Notes under the pieces: model-generated
Databases searched by the model: none
What the model was told of the DNA's origin: nothing
Seen by the model: the letters and a program-made list of their open reading frames with translations, nothing else
Position numbers and translations under genes: made by a program
DNA from: a virus
Reading direction: 5' to 3' (one strand)
DNA length: 64,000 nt
Virus record (IMG/VR): IMGVR_UViG_3300020166_000010
Shown: positions 9,138 to 21,400 of the stretch, piece by piece
Layout: each line of letters starts with the position of its first letter
Position numbering within the stretch: position 1 is the stretch's first letter

Positions 9138-11609
9138 TTAATTAATTTTTGCCAATAACACTAATTCGTTAGTTAATCCTGGGCTACTTCCGGTTCCGGA
9201 ATAGTACTGCAGAGATGCAACCCAACCGCTACCACTAGGTATGCTAATAAGATCCCATGTTATATCAATAGACCCTCCAGCTGGTATAGAGAATGTTGAT
9301 TGACTGTAATCCGTTGACTGTCCGCCTCCATTAAGCGAAGTTCCACCAGTGTTGGCAAACTGCGATGATGTGCCTCCTCCAGTTGTTGGGGTAGATATTT
9401 CAGCACTTAAACCAGAACCGGTACCTGCTCCCGTATATTCATCGACTTTTAACCTAATGTTAACTTGTTCCTGTGTGTCGTTCTCAATAAACCATGTTCT
9501 TTTAGGCTCATTTATAGTACCTGCGTAGTGATTACTATAATTAGTACTGTTCCACGTGTTATTACCACCAGTCCATGCTGATGAATATCTTATATATGGT
9601 TTAGTATCATACATCGATACAGCAACATTAATAGTAGTACTCTCATTTGTTCCTCCAACCTCTGCACTTGAATCTGCAAAATCGTTATCCTGTAGATTTA
9701 TTTCTAGCACCACCGCATCTATACTATCCGTAGCTACAAATCCATCGATTGTTTTATACGTGTGATTTAGCAATGTTAAATCGGCATTTCCACCAACAGT
9801 AGACCCTCTTTGGGTACCACTGCCTCTATATGTAAACGGCAAGGTCGGTGTTTGACTAATATTAAAGTGTTTACCGGAAGGTGCCGTTAATGTAAACGTT
9901 GAAAGGTTTACTGTATCTCCTGGTGTTGCAGTTTTAGTTTGTGATGCAGGACTAACTGTCCATGAATTAGGTGATGTGTTTAACTGATATGTATTTGTTC
10001 TTGTTGCGATTGTACTAATATGACCTGTAGAATTATACGTTAATGATACAGTCCCTCCCTGTGGCTGAGCACTTACAGTAACATTTATAGTAATGCTCTG
10101 TGTTGGTAGTGATCCTGAAGGATTTGAAACTGTAGCAGTTGCCGGTCCTCCTACTGCATCAGCAGTTACTGTTGGTAAACTATTCCATTCATATCCAGAA
10201 GGTGCCGCAACGTTAACTGTGAATGAGAATGATGATCCTTCAACTTCCGTCTTTATTTCATTAATTGTTGATAATCCCCCAGCTCCTTCGTTTGAATCTG
10301 TAAATCTATATGTTACCGCTACTGGTGCAGATTGATTAGTACCTTTATCATGCCAGAATAAATCTTCAGTTCCTAAATAAACTATTTGTGGTAATCTTTT
10401 TATAACGAAAGTAGTTCCTTGGCTATCAGACGTTATTGATTGAGTTGATGTTGCTATTGTCGGTGTTGTTACCGTATATGTTGGAGATGAATATGCCGCT
10501 AACATTGATATATTAGCACCTCCTATTATATTTGTTTCTGTGTTTGTAACAGATGCATCTCCCTGACTGTCAGAGTCTGTTGTCGCTGGATTCTCATCAA
10601 TACTATATGAAAAAGAATTTAAATCCTCTGTTTGATATGAAAGATATGAATGATATGCTGGATTAAGATTATTTACCCATTCTTGGCCATTACATAAATA
10701 CCAACCCGCAAAATTATTAATACCTGATCCCACTCTAATTTGAATAGGTTCATCTGATGGTGCAGTAACCGCGGACTCAGTTAATATAAAATTAGAATTA
10801 GTAAAGAAAGCAGGATCAACTGAAACAATCGTTCCAATTGGTACTACTCCTCCGATTTCATCAACAGATTTAAAATCTATTGTTCCATCAATATCTCCTG
10901 AGACTGCAATTTTACCAACATCGGGAGTTGATACAGTACCTCCTATTTTTAAACTATTATAAACATTAACTGGTTGATTAAATCTAGATTCAGTATTAAT
11001 TACTAATCCGTCAGTATGATCAAGTGACATAACAGGTGCAACAGTGCTTTCACTATGCCAAATCCATTTATCAGCATATTGATTTACTATATAATCTACA
11101 GCAGCAGACCCTGCAGGTCTAAACCCGGTTGTCATACTAAATGCTGTATCTGTACCTGATAATTTATAATAAAATGCAGGGCCTTCTCCTTCTGATCTTA
11201 ACTCTAAGTTATTTTCAACAACTGAGTCTCTATTAAGTAAAAGAGAAGAATTAGATTCCCCACTAGTGTAAAATGGATCAGTTGACCTATATCCTACTGC
11301 AAGTGTAGGTGGATTTACGTCGTTGCTAGAATCATGAACTGGCAATATTGTTTTTGAACTAGAACCCGGGTTCACTTTCCAAACATTATCCAGGCTAGTT
11401 CCCGCATCTCCTTGAAAACCCTGATCTCCTGCAATTCCAGTATCTCCCTGGTGTCCAGTTAATCCTTGATAACCAGTGCTACCAGGTGCTCCTGTATTTC
11501 CTATTGGCCCTCCGCCATTAGCAACAATTTGATCAAAGTTATAATTAACTTTGTCCAGTTTTATACTATCAGTGTCTAATAGCGATATTTCTTTTAAATT
11601 GATTGCCAT
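9138..11609 (-). CDS. tail fibre protein (short collagen segment, tail-collar-like domain, Ig-like C-terminal part)
   Basis: GXY run near N-terminus; PIGTIVSV...GWYLCNG collar motif; Ser/Thr-rich beta region. Confidence 0.7.
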   Translation of the reverse strand: MAINLKEISLLDTDSIKLDKVNYNFDQIVANGGGPIGNTGAPGSTGYQGLTGHQGDTGIAGDQGFQGDAGTSLDNVWKVNPGSSSKTILPVHDSSNDVNPPTLAVGYRSTDPFYTSGESNSSLLLNRDSVVENNLELRSEGEGPAFYYKLSGTDTAFSMTTGFRPAGSAAVDYIVNQYADKWIWHSESTVAPVMSLDHTDGLVINTESRFNQPVNVYNSLKIGGTVSTPDVGKIAVSGDIDGTIDFKSVDEIGGVVPIGTIVSVDPAFFTNSNFILTESAVTAPSDEPIQIRVGSGINNFAGWYLCNGQEWVNNLNPAYHSYLSYQTEDLNSFSYSIDENPATTDSDSQGDASVTNTETNIIGGANISMLAAYSSPTYTVTTPTIATSTQSITSDSQGTTFVIKRLPQIVYLGTEDLFWHDKGTNQSAPVAVTYRFTDSNEGAGGLSTINEIKTEVEGSSFSFTVNVAAPSGYEWNSLPTVTADAVGGPATATVSNPSGSLPTQSITINVTVSAQPQGGTVSLTYNSTGHISTIATRTNTYQLNTSPNSWTVSPASQTKTATPGDTVNLSTFTLTAPSGKHFNISQTPTLPFTYRGSGTQRGSTVGGNADLTLLNHTYKTIDGFVATDSIDAVVLEINLQDNDFADSSAEVGGTNESTTINVAVSMYDTKPYIRYSSAWTGGNNTWNSTNYSNHYAGTINEPKRTWFIENDTQEQVNIRLKVDEYTGAGTGSGLSAEISTPTTGGGTSSQFANTGGTSLNGGGQSTDYSQSTFSIPAGGSIDITWDLISIPSGSGWVASLQYYSGTGSSPGLTNELVLLAKIN

Positions 11610-11635
11610 CTTTAAATTTAATTTATTTTATATTC

Positions 11636-11643
11636 TATATATT
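11636..11643 (-). promoter_or_regulatory. late-type promoter motif AATATATA
   Basis: Recurrent motif upstream of 11609. Confidence 0.55.
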
Positions 11644-11652
11644 CTTTTTATA

Positions 11653-13827
11653 TTACAAACAATCAGTAACATTTGTTATTTTACCAGAAAATGTTATTTG
11701 ACCATGTCTATCGGAAATGTCATCATATAGCTGAGCCCAAGGACTCGTAGATCCTGGTCTATTTTGTTCACTTATAGAAACTAAATTACTTGTACCAATA
11801 TTTGAAATTGTATTAGATACCCATCCGTCATTAACTAATAAAACAGGACCGTCCTCTAAAAACTGTAATCTATTCGAAAGTGGAATAGTATTGTTTGCTG
11901 CACCATAATATATGTCGATTGCAGTATTATTACTAGAACATACACTAGGTCCGAAATATTCGTATGGACGTATTTTTCCAAGGTAGTTTACATATGGCAT
12001 TGCCGTTCGATATTGAACTACTGTACCGTTCCAATAAGCCCTATACCATCCAGTTTGACCAGGCTCTCCCGATCTATACCATCCAGCAGGTGGAGATGTT
12101 CCGTCTGTATTTTTAATTACGTAAGCAAATTTAAATTGAGAAACTGTATTATTATTAGCATCTGTAATTAGATAACCATTAGACCCTGTTGAAGGTGGTG
12201 TTGTCCAGTTTAAATCCCTAACATCTTCTTCATAAAATAATTCATATGTACTTAACTGTAAGCATACTTGAACATCGGTCCATGTCGTACCGCTCCATTG
12301 TCTAGCTGTTTGGTCTTTTTCATACCAACCCGCAGGTGCTAGTGATCCGTTTAGATATAATTCTGTTCCTGCGATTCCACTACCGCCGTTACCTGTTACC
12401 CAGTTCACGCCAATTCCTGTCCACATATAATCATCTAACAATGTGGTAGTACATGCGGCGGCTTTAGAGGTTGATGTTACTGATAGTGTAATAGCCTCTG
12501 TAGATACTTGAGTAGATGGTTCTGATTTCCAATGTAGTATTGGTTCTCCTAAATTAATTATATGCACCATTCTAGAATGCTCATATGCGCCACTCTGTTG
12601 TCTTGACGCAGGTTGATTAAATTTAATTGTTCCGTCTGATGTTACAATATTAATTGTTGATATATCATATGCTCCGTTTGAAGAGATATAATTTGCTCTA
12701 ACTTGTAAACTAGCTCCACCAATTAATATCTGCCTGTTATCCCCTCCATTAACTATAGCGGGCTGGGACGGCGTTTGGTTAATATTATTTCCACCGTTAC
12801 TATCAATATTAAAAGTAAAAGAATTTAAATTAGGAACATCATGCGATATAATTCCTTGTTCCCATACTTGACCATTACATAAGTACCATCCTTCGAACGG
12901 AGTGTCTACTCTACCTCTACCATGGTCATTTAATAATAATCCATCTGATCCTGTTACTGGATTTCCATTTAAATTAAAATTTGCATTATTGAAATGATCT
13001 TCCTGTATTGACATGATAGATCCAATCGGCAATGCACCGAAAATTTCGTATTTGCTTTTCCAAATTACATTACCACTAGTATCTGTTGACACTAAAACTT
13101 TATTGGGTCCTTCATTAGTAACAAGTCTTAAGCTGCTATCTGTTTGTGTAGGTTGGTTAAACTCTGTTTCAATATTTGATGTTACTAATTCACTTGTAAA
13201 TGTTAAGGCAGCGGGGGATTGGCTTATTGTATCTTCTTTCCCTACATGTATTTTATTAATTGATTGTATCGTACCTCCTATATTTTGTACAATATGTAAG
13301 TCTGCTGCTGAAAAATCTCCAATAGCCAACTCATTACCTGTAAGTGAGTGTGGTGCAATTGTGTTACCTGTTCCTCCGTAATCTAATGCAAAGTTAGGTC
13401 TATTGGTTGCCCCATAAAAAACAGCGGCAGTTGAGTTAGATCCATTAAATGGTAGAGCCGTATCGTAATCACTATTGCCTTGTTCGTTTTTACCTGTTAT
13501 AAGACCTACTGCTGAAAATTCAGGATCTTGCATTCTAGTAGGTAATAGCAATATACCATCGTTTACTTGTCTAATTTTCCATAATTCATCCGCAGGAGTT
13601 CCTTCAAATCCTTGAGAACCTCGAGGCCCTTGTGTTCCTTCATATCCTTGAGTTCCTTGTAATCCTGTTCCACCTGGTGTGCCTTGATGGCCTGTTGGTC
13701 CGGGCATTCCTCCTTTTTGTAGTTGGCCAAAGTTAAAATTAAGTTTATCTACTTTGTCTTTTGCCCACCAACTCAAGCTGTTAGGATCTAAATCACTCTT
13801 AAATATTTCTTTAATATTTATTGACAT
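11653..13827 (-). CDS. tail fibre protein, paralog of 9138..11609
   Basis: Shared INxKEI...KxDKxNxNFxQ..GG + GXY run; PIGSIMSI...GWYLCNG. Confidence 0.7.
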   Translation of the reverse strand: MSINIKEIFKSDLDPNSLSWWAKDKVDKLNFNFGQLQKGGMPGPTGHQGTPGGTGLQGTQGYEGTQGPRGSQGFEGTPADELWKIRQVNDGILLLPTRMQDPEFSAVGLITGKNEQGNSDYDTALPFNGSNSTAAVFYGATNRPNFALDYGGTGNTIAPHSLTGNELAIGDFSAADLHIVQNIGGTIQSINKIHVGKEDTISQSPAALTFTSELVTSNIETEFNQPTQTDSSLRLVTNEGPNKVLVSTDTSGNVIWKSKYEIFGALPIGSIMSIQEDHFNNANFNLNGNPVTGSDGLLLNDHGRGRVDTPFEGWYLCNGQVWEQGIISHDVPNLNSFTFNIDSNGGNNINQTPSQPAIVNGGDNRQILIGGASLQVRANYISSNGAYDISTINIVTSDGTIKFNQPASRQQSGAYEHSRMVHIINLGEPILHWKSEPSTQVSTEAITLSVTSTSKAAACTTTLLDDYMWTGIGVNWVTGNGGSGIAGTELYLNGSLAPAGWYEKDQTARQWSGTTWTDVQVCLQLSTYELFYEEDVRDLNWTTPPSTGSNGYLITDANNNTVSQFKFAYVIKNTDGTSPPAGWYRSGEPGQTGWYRAYWNGTVVQYRTAMPYVNYLGKIRPYEYFGPSVCSSNNTAIDIYYGAANNTIPLSNRLQFLEDGPVLLVNDGWVSNTISNIGTSNLVSISEQNRPGSTSPWAQLYDDISDRHGQITFSGKITNVTDCL

Positions 13828-13832
13828 GTTGG

Positions 13833-16800
13833 TTATGCTTGTATTTTAATATGCAGTTTTAAATGATATTTAAAACCTGGTTTTTTATTATATATTAATC
13901 TAAAACTTAAACCATCATTCTGATATCCTTGAATATCAAAATTAGTTTGTTTAGTAAATCTACCGTCTGTTAATTCTTTCGGAGAATTTACCGATTTAAA
14001 TTCGGTTGTTATGTTCTTACCTGATATTCCGTATATTTCAGTGTTTTCTATAATAAACCTTGAAACAATGTTAGAATAAACATATTTTTCTAGATCGTCT
14101 AGAATAGTTGATTTATCTCCGAATGAATTTTCAGCAGTTAAATACTTGCTAAACTTAGATTGTATTCCATCTTCTAACAGTTCGTTATATATTGTCTTAG
14201 GTAAATAAAAATCTGCAATTATTTCAGAATCATTTTCAATCCAGTGTATTGCTGTTTTATTTAATTTATTAAATCTAATATAATCTAAAGAATCTAAAGA
14301 CGTTTCATTTGTTTGTGAAAAGCTAGTTAAATCATACTGATCTTTAACTTTCATAACAGTTGATGCCATAAAAGATTTTAATTCAACAGGACTTAATGTA
14401 CCATATACATTTTCACCAGCTTGACCAGGTACGGATTTTACAAAATAATCACTAGAATATTTAGATTTAAAAATATTAAAATCTTTTTTATCTATTGCAA
14501 TCTCGCCAATCGCAGGGTATAGCGGTAATTTATCTGATGTTTCAGATAGCTTTAATAAATTTTTAGAATCTTCATCATTTACTTTGTGGTAGTGATAATT
14601 ACTAATATAACCGTAGGATTCGTTTACATTTTTATAAGATGCAAAAGCAATTCCTTGGTTTTTAAATTTATTATAAATTAATCTTTCTCTCCATTTATCA
14701 AAAATATCTTCTGATAATATTCCAATCGTTTGTGTTGTTAATTCATATTCTGCACCTGATAAGCTACCTGGGTGGTTGGTTGGATATGGAAGAATTATAG
14801 CTTCTAAATCCCCTCCAATACCTTGTGATACCCCATTGTCAGGTATTAACGCTGATTGTATTGTATAAATGTCTGTAAAATCTACAACATCCTTAAAAAG
14901 TGGATTATATTGACCATTAAATCTACGTAAAATCGTAAAATATCCACCGTCTTCTCTCTCTTTTAATATTTTACCAATCTCCTTAGAACTTAATTGATAA
15001 GATCTTGGTCTGTCTCCGTCAGCTGCTGTATCAAGCACGGATGGTTTAACAACATCAACACCATCTTCAATTTGTAAAACAAAATCGTTAATAAATTCAT
15101 CTTCCGGAAATTCAGAACTAACTCTAGTATATGCAACATCTCCGAAATCGTTAAATCTTTTCGCGAAATTATAAGAAACTACCTCTTCTAATATATTTTT
15201 CCAACCAGCGGAACCGGTTTGCCAATATTTAAAAGTAGTAGATGTTGGTATATAATATAAGAATTGACTATCCAATGCCGGCGCAGAAAAAAGAGGTCCA
15301 TCTTCTAATGTAAATGGAATAGGTAAACCTGAAACAATTATTTGATCATCGTTGATTATTGAAACAACCTGCATACATGCAAATTGTGTCACGCCGTTTA
15401 CATCATATTCAAAGTATATCCATGAATATTTTCCTTCATCATTTAAAGTTATTTCTTTAGTAAATGCAGACTGTCCACCGCTAATAGATAATTGACTGGC
15501 ATATACTATAGTTTCAACACCTGCTTCCTGTGGCCATGCAGAGCTACTTAAATCTATTTCAAAAGATAGATCAGTATCAATGATGTTTATGATAGGATCA
15601 CCATTAGCGTCCAATAGAGGATTCCCATCGACATCTTTTTTAACTTCTTCAATATCTTGCAATTCATATACCGAAGCTCTAGATAAATAATCAACTACGT
15701 TATCTTTTACGTTTATGTTGATAAAGACGCAAATAAATTTAAAAGTGTCATTCTTAATAACGTGGTATTTTACATCGCTAGACTCATTTGATTGTTTCGT
15801 GTAATTTAAAGTTACCCCAAACTTATAAGAATTTACATCGGTTGATGTTTCAAAAGCTGTAGGTGTATCTTTAAAAGACTCTTTTCTTTTCTTGTAAATA
15901 TATCGTAATCCTCTAAATACTGTACTAGATTCTAACTCTGACGTGCCTCCGTTGAATTTAGAATATAGATTTCTAGATTTGTCATCTATCCATATTCCAG
16001 TATTTTGATTAACTGCACCGTTCCATCTAAAATAAAGACTAAAATAATCTACATCCGTAGATTTAAGTTGATCAATGCTTATTCCGTCAGTTGTTGTAAA
16101 ACTAGTATATGAAGATAATCCGCTAAGCGTGTTGTTGTCATGCAGACTATCAGGTATTTTATTAAAATGGAAATGTTCCATATTTAAATTGTCGTAATTT
16201 CTACCTGATTCTAATTTAATTTCAGGAGAAATATTATTAGTACCGAGTGCCTCATTCACGTTTAAAATATAAGGTAGGTTTCTTGCGTTAGTACCGTTCT
16301 TTAAAGAATATTTCATAATAGTAGGTACTATCCTACTTTTTAATGCGGTTTCTTTTAATATATTTTCATTAAGTCTATCGTATTCTGAATTAATATCGGT
16401 TGAAACTGAATTATCATCAGATGTTTCTTGATATAAAACAGAAGATAGTCCTGTGAATTTTTCGAATGGGTTGTAATCGGTTCCAAATGATTCGTAAGCC
16501 AATTCTCCTAATTCAGAATTTTTAGTTGAATAAAAATCAAAATCAAAATCTTTTAATTGATATGCACTGAATTTACCAAAAGTAGGTGTAAACTTATTAT
16601 ACAGCTGAACTGTCCCGTCACTAGGTAACTTGTACACTGTATCTAAAATAATTCTATATGTTTCACTGTTAGTATCGTCTCTAACTATATCTATTATCTT
16701 AGAAAATTTAGTTAGCTTTGCATGTTTAACATACTGCCCTATAGATGCTTCACCTAATTCATCTTCATTTACTAAAAAGCTAGCTCCTATTTTAGAGCCT

Positions 16801-18425
16801 CCACGTGCTGTATATAAACTCCAATCAGAAAACTGAGTTCCTGTATAATTTTGTAATCCAACGTAATCTTCTCTTGCCGCTTCTATGTTTATAAAATCAG
16901 AAATGTTTAAGTCATATATACCAAAAGACATTCTATTTCTATTATCTCCATTGCCGTAGTCCTCGATAATTACAGAGGATCCTTCTGCTCTAGTATTATA
17001 ATCAGATATATTTTTAATTAAACCACTAATCGCTATTGCAATTTGTCTTAAAGTACCTTTACTTGAAAAGCTATTTTCAGAGAAAGTACCTGCTGGTATC
17101 GTATCAGTAGCAATTGCCATGAAACCATACATCTCGTAATTTTTTATTTCAATTTCAGTTTTATCACCAATATAAAACCTGTCGTTTGTTATCGGTTTGT
17201 TTGTGATTTCAAATTTAATAAAAGGCTTATTTGAAATCTCAGTTGAAATTGCCTGTAGTTTATTATTTGATATAGTGTAATTTGTATTTTTCAACAAGTT
17301 TTTAATATCAATATTAGAAGTAACTGGTATTTTTAAACCATCTACTTCTGTATTATTTTTTATATGTAAAAAAGAGTTATCACCTAGATTAATATAAGAA
17401 AGTACAGGAACCTTTAGCTCTGGAGTTCTTGGTAACATATCTTCGTGAGTTATTCCCGCTCCGATCACGTCGTAAACTGTGTGAGTACTTCCTGGTTCAA
17501 TACTTACTATGTTGTCTGAAGAGATTGAATTAATCTTAAAAGAACCTTCTTCGATGTCATCAACGTAAAGTCCAAAGTATCTGTAGATCTCGTAGTTAAC
17601 TGCAGATTCATCATCGAACATAAACTCTAGATTAATTAAGTTAGCTGAAATAACACCGTGGCGTTCAAAGCCTTTTGTTATTATTTCATTTGCATTAATC
17701 TCTAAATTGTCTTGTTGAATATAATCTTCAGCGATAAAATCTTTTTTGGAAACAAACCCTCCCTTAGTTGAATCAATTCCTCTATATAAAACCGCTCCGC
17801 TATCTGAGAAATTAAACTCAATAGCTGATTCAGGCATACCTTTGTCGTATACGTGAGAATGCAGATATTTACCGATTCTACTTTTTCTAGTTAAGTCAAA
17901 TGTTTTAACAATAGTCGCAGATTCTAATAGCTCTAAAATTCTATCATTCTGTCCGTTAGTGTCTTCAGTGTATTTATTCTTATAATCAACATCACTAACT
18001 CGATAAACTATAAACTTTTTTGGTATTCTACGATCTAACCAAATTGGCGAAAATATCTTATATTGTTCGTCGTATAATTTAGTTGAATTAAAACTAGCTC
18101 CATAGTTATAATGGTTTTCATATTGATATTCGTAGTCTGAATATGGTGTAATGTCCGAGTGTTTTTTTAATGTCTGAAACCTCTCATTGACCGGTGCTCC
18201 TTTAAAAAATCTAGCGACATCATTTGCATAAATACCAGTGTCTGATACTTCAAACTTCTGATACTCTACCTTTGAAAGGACTTTGTTAGCCTTAAAGGCG
18301 CTTAAGTATATGTGCTCCGAAGAGTCCACAACCAACTTTAAATTACTAGTTAATTTTGGGTTAGTTCTTAATAGTGCAAATGAAGATTCTTCTTCCTTAT
18401 TGTTCGTGTTAAAATTTATAGCCAT
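13833..18425 (-). CDS. large virion structural protein
   Basis: 1530 aa in structural cluster with late motif upstream. Confidence 0.6.
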   Translation of the reverse strand: MAINFNTNNKEEESSFALLRTNPKLTSNLKLVVDSSEHIYLSAFKANKVLSKVEYQKFEVSDTGIYANDVARFFKGAPVNERFQTLKKHSDITPYSDYEYQYENHYNYGASFNSTKLYDEQYKIFSPIWLDRRIPKKFIVYRVSDVDYKNKYTEDTNGQNDRILELLESATIVKTFDLTRKSRIGKYLHSHVYDKGMPESAIEFNFSDSGAVLYRGIDSTKGGFVSKKDFIAEDYIQQDNLEINANEIITKGFERHGVISANLINLEFMFDDESAVNYEIYRYFGLYVDDIEEGSFKINSISSDNIVSIEPGSTHTVYDVIGAGITHEDMLPRTPELKVPVLSYINLGDNSFLHIKNNTEVDGLKIPVTSNIDIKNLLKNTNYTISNNKLQAISTEISNKPFIKFEITNKPITNDRFYIGDKTEIEIKNYEMYGFMAIATDTIPAGTFSENSFSSKGTLRQIAIAISGLIKNISDYNTRAEGSSVIIEDYGNGDNRNRMSFGIYDLNISDFINIEAAREDYVGLQNYTGTQFSDWSLYTARGGSKIGASFLVNEDELGEASIGQYVKHAKLTKFSKIIDIVRDDTNSETYRIILDTVYKLPSDGTVQLYNKFTPTFGKFSAYQLKDFDFDFYSTKNSELGELAYESFGTDYNPFEKFTGLSSVLYQETSDDNSVSTDINSEYDRLNENILKETALKSRIVPTIMKYSLKNGTNARNLPYILNVNEALGTNNISPEIKLESGRNYDNLNMEHFHFNKIPDSLHDNNTLSGLSSYTSFTTTDGISIDQLKSTDVDYFSLYFRWNGAVNQNTGIWIDDKSRNLYSKFNGGTSELESSTVFRGLRYIYKKRKESFKDTPTAFETSTDVNSYKFGVTLNYTKQSNESSDVKYHVIKNDTFKFICVFININVKDNVVDYLSRASVYELQDIEEVKKDVDGNPLLDANGDPIINIIDTDLSFEIDLSSSAWPQEAGVETIVYASQLSISGGQSAFTKEITLNDEGKYSWIYFEYDVNGVTQFACMQVVSIINDDQIIVSGLPIPFTLEDGPLFSAPALDSQFLYYIPTSTTFKYWQTGSAGWKNILEEVVSYNFAKRFNDFGDVAYTRVSSEFPEDEFINDFVLQIEDGVDVVKPSVLDTAADGDRPRSYQLSSKEIGKILKEREDGGYFTILRRFNGQYNPLFKDVVDFTDIYTIQSALIPDNGVSQGIGGDLEAIILPYPTNHPGSLSGAEYELTTQTIGILSEDIFDKWRERLIYNKFKNQGIAFASYKNVNESYGYISNYHYHKVNDEDSKNLLKLSETSDKLPLYPAIGEIAIDKKDFNIFKSKYSSDYFVKSVPGQAGENVYGTLSPVELKSFMASTVMKVKDQYDLTSFSQTNETSLDSLDYIRFNKLNKTAIHWIENDSEIIADFYLPKTIYNELLEDGIQSKFSKYLTAENSFGDKSTILDDLEKYVYSNIVSRFIIENTEIYGISGKNITTEFKSVNSPKELTDGRFTKQTNFDIQGYQNDGLSFRLIYNKKPGFKYHLKLHIKIQA

Positions 18426-18450
18426 TCCTGATGCCTCTTTTTAGTTAAAT

Positions 18451-18458
18451 TATATATC
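18451..18458 (-). promoter_or_regulatory. late-type promoter motif GATATATA
   Basis: Recurrent motif upstream of 18425. Confidence 0.6.
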
Positions 18459-18490
18459 ATAATTTTAAGAGGAACCTGATTGGGTTATGT

Positions 18491-21400
18491 CTAAAACTCT
18501 TCTCTGATGTTAGGTAATGAAAAATCAACGCTTCTTCCTCTGAATGGCGTGTACTTTCCATTGCTTGTGTAGTTAGTTAACATTGAAGAGGTTATAGAAT
18601 TTATATTCTTTCCAGTTGCTCTATACTTAGAATACACTTCAACGTCAAACTGAAAATCAGTATTGTTTGAATCTACTATATCTATACCTATTATTTTAGA
18701 GTATGTTAAGTTTTGTAGAGAATTACTAATAATTCCTCCAACTCTACCTCTACCAGTATCCCCTGTTCCGCTATAATCTGTCATTCTATATTGAAATACC
18801 ATATCAATGTTTATTGCGTTAGAACTGCTTCCTTCGATTATCTTCTTTCCTCTTTTATTACTAGCATCAACAACTAAGGAATCTTTTCCTAGTGGAGATA
18901 CATATAAAAATGATCCACATGAATGTCCTCCTAATAGATATTGATCATTTGGTTCGAATGAATTTTTACCAGCAGTTCTAAGTCCTAGCACTGGGCCACT
19001 TCCTGCACCACTACCTACTCCGGCGGTCGCTACTATAGTATTTGTTAATCTAAATGGAGTTTGTTTTTTACCATATAAATCACTAGCTCTTCTAGGTGCG
19101 GTTTTAGGCATGCCAACAAATCCATTCTTAGCAATATCTAGCGCTACCATCCCACTTTCCGTTAATGGATGATCTTTGTGTATGAATATTGCATTATCAT
19201 ATAGAGCTGCAGTTACTGTAGAAACAGATACACTACCTGGTGTATTATTAGTACCATTATATGCTCCGTTCCATATATAATCGTTAGTACTTGCGCTATC
19301 TGACCATGTTGCAGCAGTAGCATTCACGAAAGATTTAGATTTATCTGTAGAATTAGTAGTAACACCCGATATTTGATATGCTGTGTTTATACCGTATTCA
19401 AAGGTATCATATCCTGAATCATCAGCTGCATCAATATCTCCGCCAGATCCGTCAGAACCTGTTAAATATAAACTGTTATCATTTGCAATATTCATAAACC
19501 TTGAATATAAAAATTGACCTCTTAATTGTGCAGATTGTACTGGACTATCGTTGAAATATGATTCTGTTGATTCCGTTGCATCTAAGTTTTGATAAACTAC
19601 AGGTGCTAAATCGTATTTTCCCTCTGTTGTGTAATATGTATTAGAACTTACAACAGGATCTATTGCACCAGATTGTAATCCCCATACTGTACTTGCGGTT
19701 GAGGAATATGCAGGTTGTTCAATGTCTCCTAATATCCTTGCAATTAATTCTAAATTAGTAGCTTTAGTATTAGAAAGATTTATTTTAAAGTTTTTAGTAA
19801 CGATAGACCCTTTAGCGTTTGTTGTTGGTATTTCATCAATATAATATCCTGCAAATAATTTAACTTTACTGTTATTAGTTACTGGTGTTACATTACCGTC
19901 TTCGTCGATTATCTGTACTAGTAACTCTCCAATAGTTCCGTCAATCTGGGCTCTTAAAGATTCTACTTCGTTTTGAAGTTCTAAAAGTTTATCATATACT
20001 GAAATAGGATTTTGTTCTCCAGTTAAGAAACCGGAAGCTAGTGATGATGCATTGTGTGCAAAATACTTTTCATTTACTGTGAATGAATCACCAACGTGAT
20101 CGTATACTCCAACAGATTCTAAATCTTCTTTTAAAGAAACTTTTAAGTTATCTAATTCGTTTTGTGAAATTAAACCAGCTAGTGAATCTGTTGAAAGTTC
20201 TCCTTCTGGAAATTCTACCTTAACTATGTCAGACCAATCACTTGTTACTGGGTTAGCTGGATATCCTGCTTCTGATACAGATTTAACCATAATTTCAATA
20301 ACTTCACCAGATCTAATAGGTAAATCAATTGAATTAAAATTAACAGCTTGTGCGTCTTCTTCGCTTTCCACTACCCATTTGTATATCCCCGCATCGTTTA
20401 ATTCTCTCTTTCTAACAGGACCTTGAACTTCAATCCAGTTTGAAAAGGCTGCAGTCTTTTTAGTATTGTTAGTAGTATCATTAAATTCAATCTGATCAAT
20501 TGTTGATGTTTTACCAGAAGTAGATACGTATCTATATCTAGTTTTAAATTGTACAACTTCTTGAGAAAGTTCTTCACCAACTGTTTTAGGCGAAGGTATA
20601 GGCCAGAATCCTCTAACTCTAAACTTTGGAGAAGCTGTTGAAATATCTATTGAATCTGCTGCTGCTTTTATTTCGGCAACAATTGATCCAAATAATTTAA
20701 CCTCAGACGCTTTTTCGTTTACAAGCGCTCTGAACTCATTAAGTTGCTTGTCTCTTTCAACCTTAGATTTAAATTTCTTAGTGTTTAATAAAGATTTTTT
20801 AACTTTAATAGCCTCATTAATATTCTTTAAACTTTGTTCAGCGGCTAATTTATCTGATTTAAGTTGTTTAATCTTTTTAGTAGTTGTGTTATCAGTTAAG
20901 TGTTTATTTATTTGGATAACTTTTAAATCATCTGGCGCTAATATTGGCGTGTTTGGTTTTACACCAACCGCTGCCGGTGGAATGTAATCCACACTAAGCG
21001 CTTTAATAAACTGTCCGAAATCAGATACTTCATCCTTATAATAAGATGCTAAGTTCTTAATAGTTCCGTCTTCCGTTGATATTTGTAATTCATTTGAATA
21101 AAAACCAATACCTGGAGAATATTCATTTGAAGGTATGTTTGAAATAGGATCAATTGGTTTAATAAATACTATTTGCTTTTCATCAAAACCTATTTTAATC
21201 TCTACATCTAAATCTACATCAATGTCTCTATATACTGATAATACGTTAGATCCTACTTTAATAGATTCAAATCCTTCAATTAACTCTAATTCAACTTGCG
21301 ACGTAGAACTATCAATTGATCTAACGATATATCTTGTTCTTAACTCTCCTGAATTAATCACTAGTGAATCTGAAACTTTTAAAACTTCAGTCTCTTGAAG

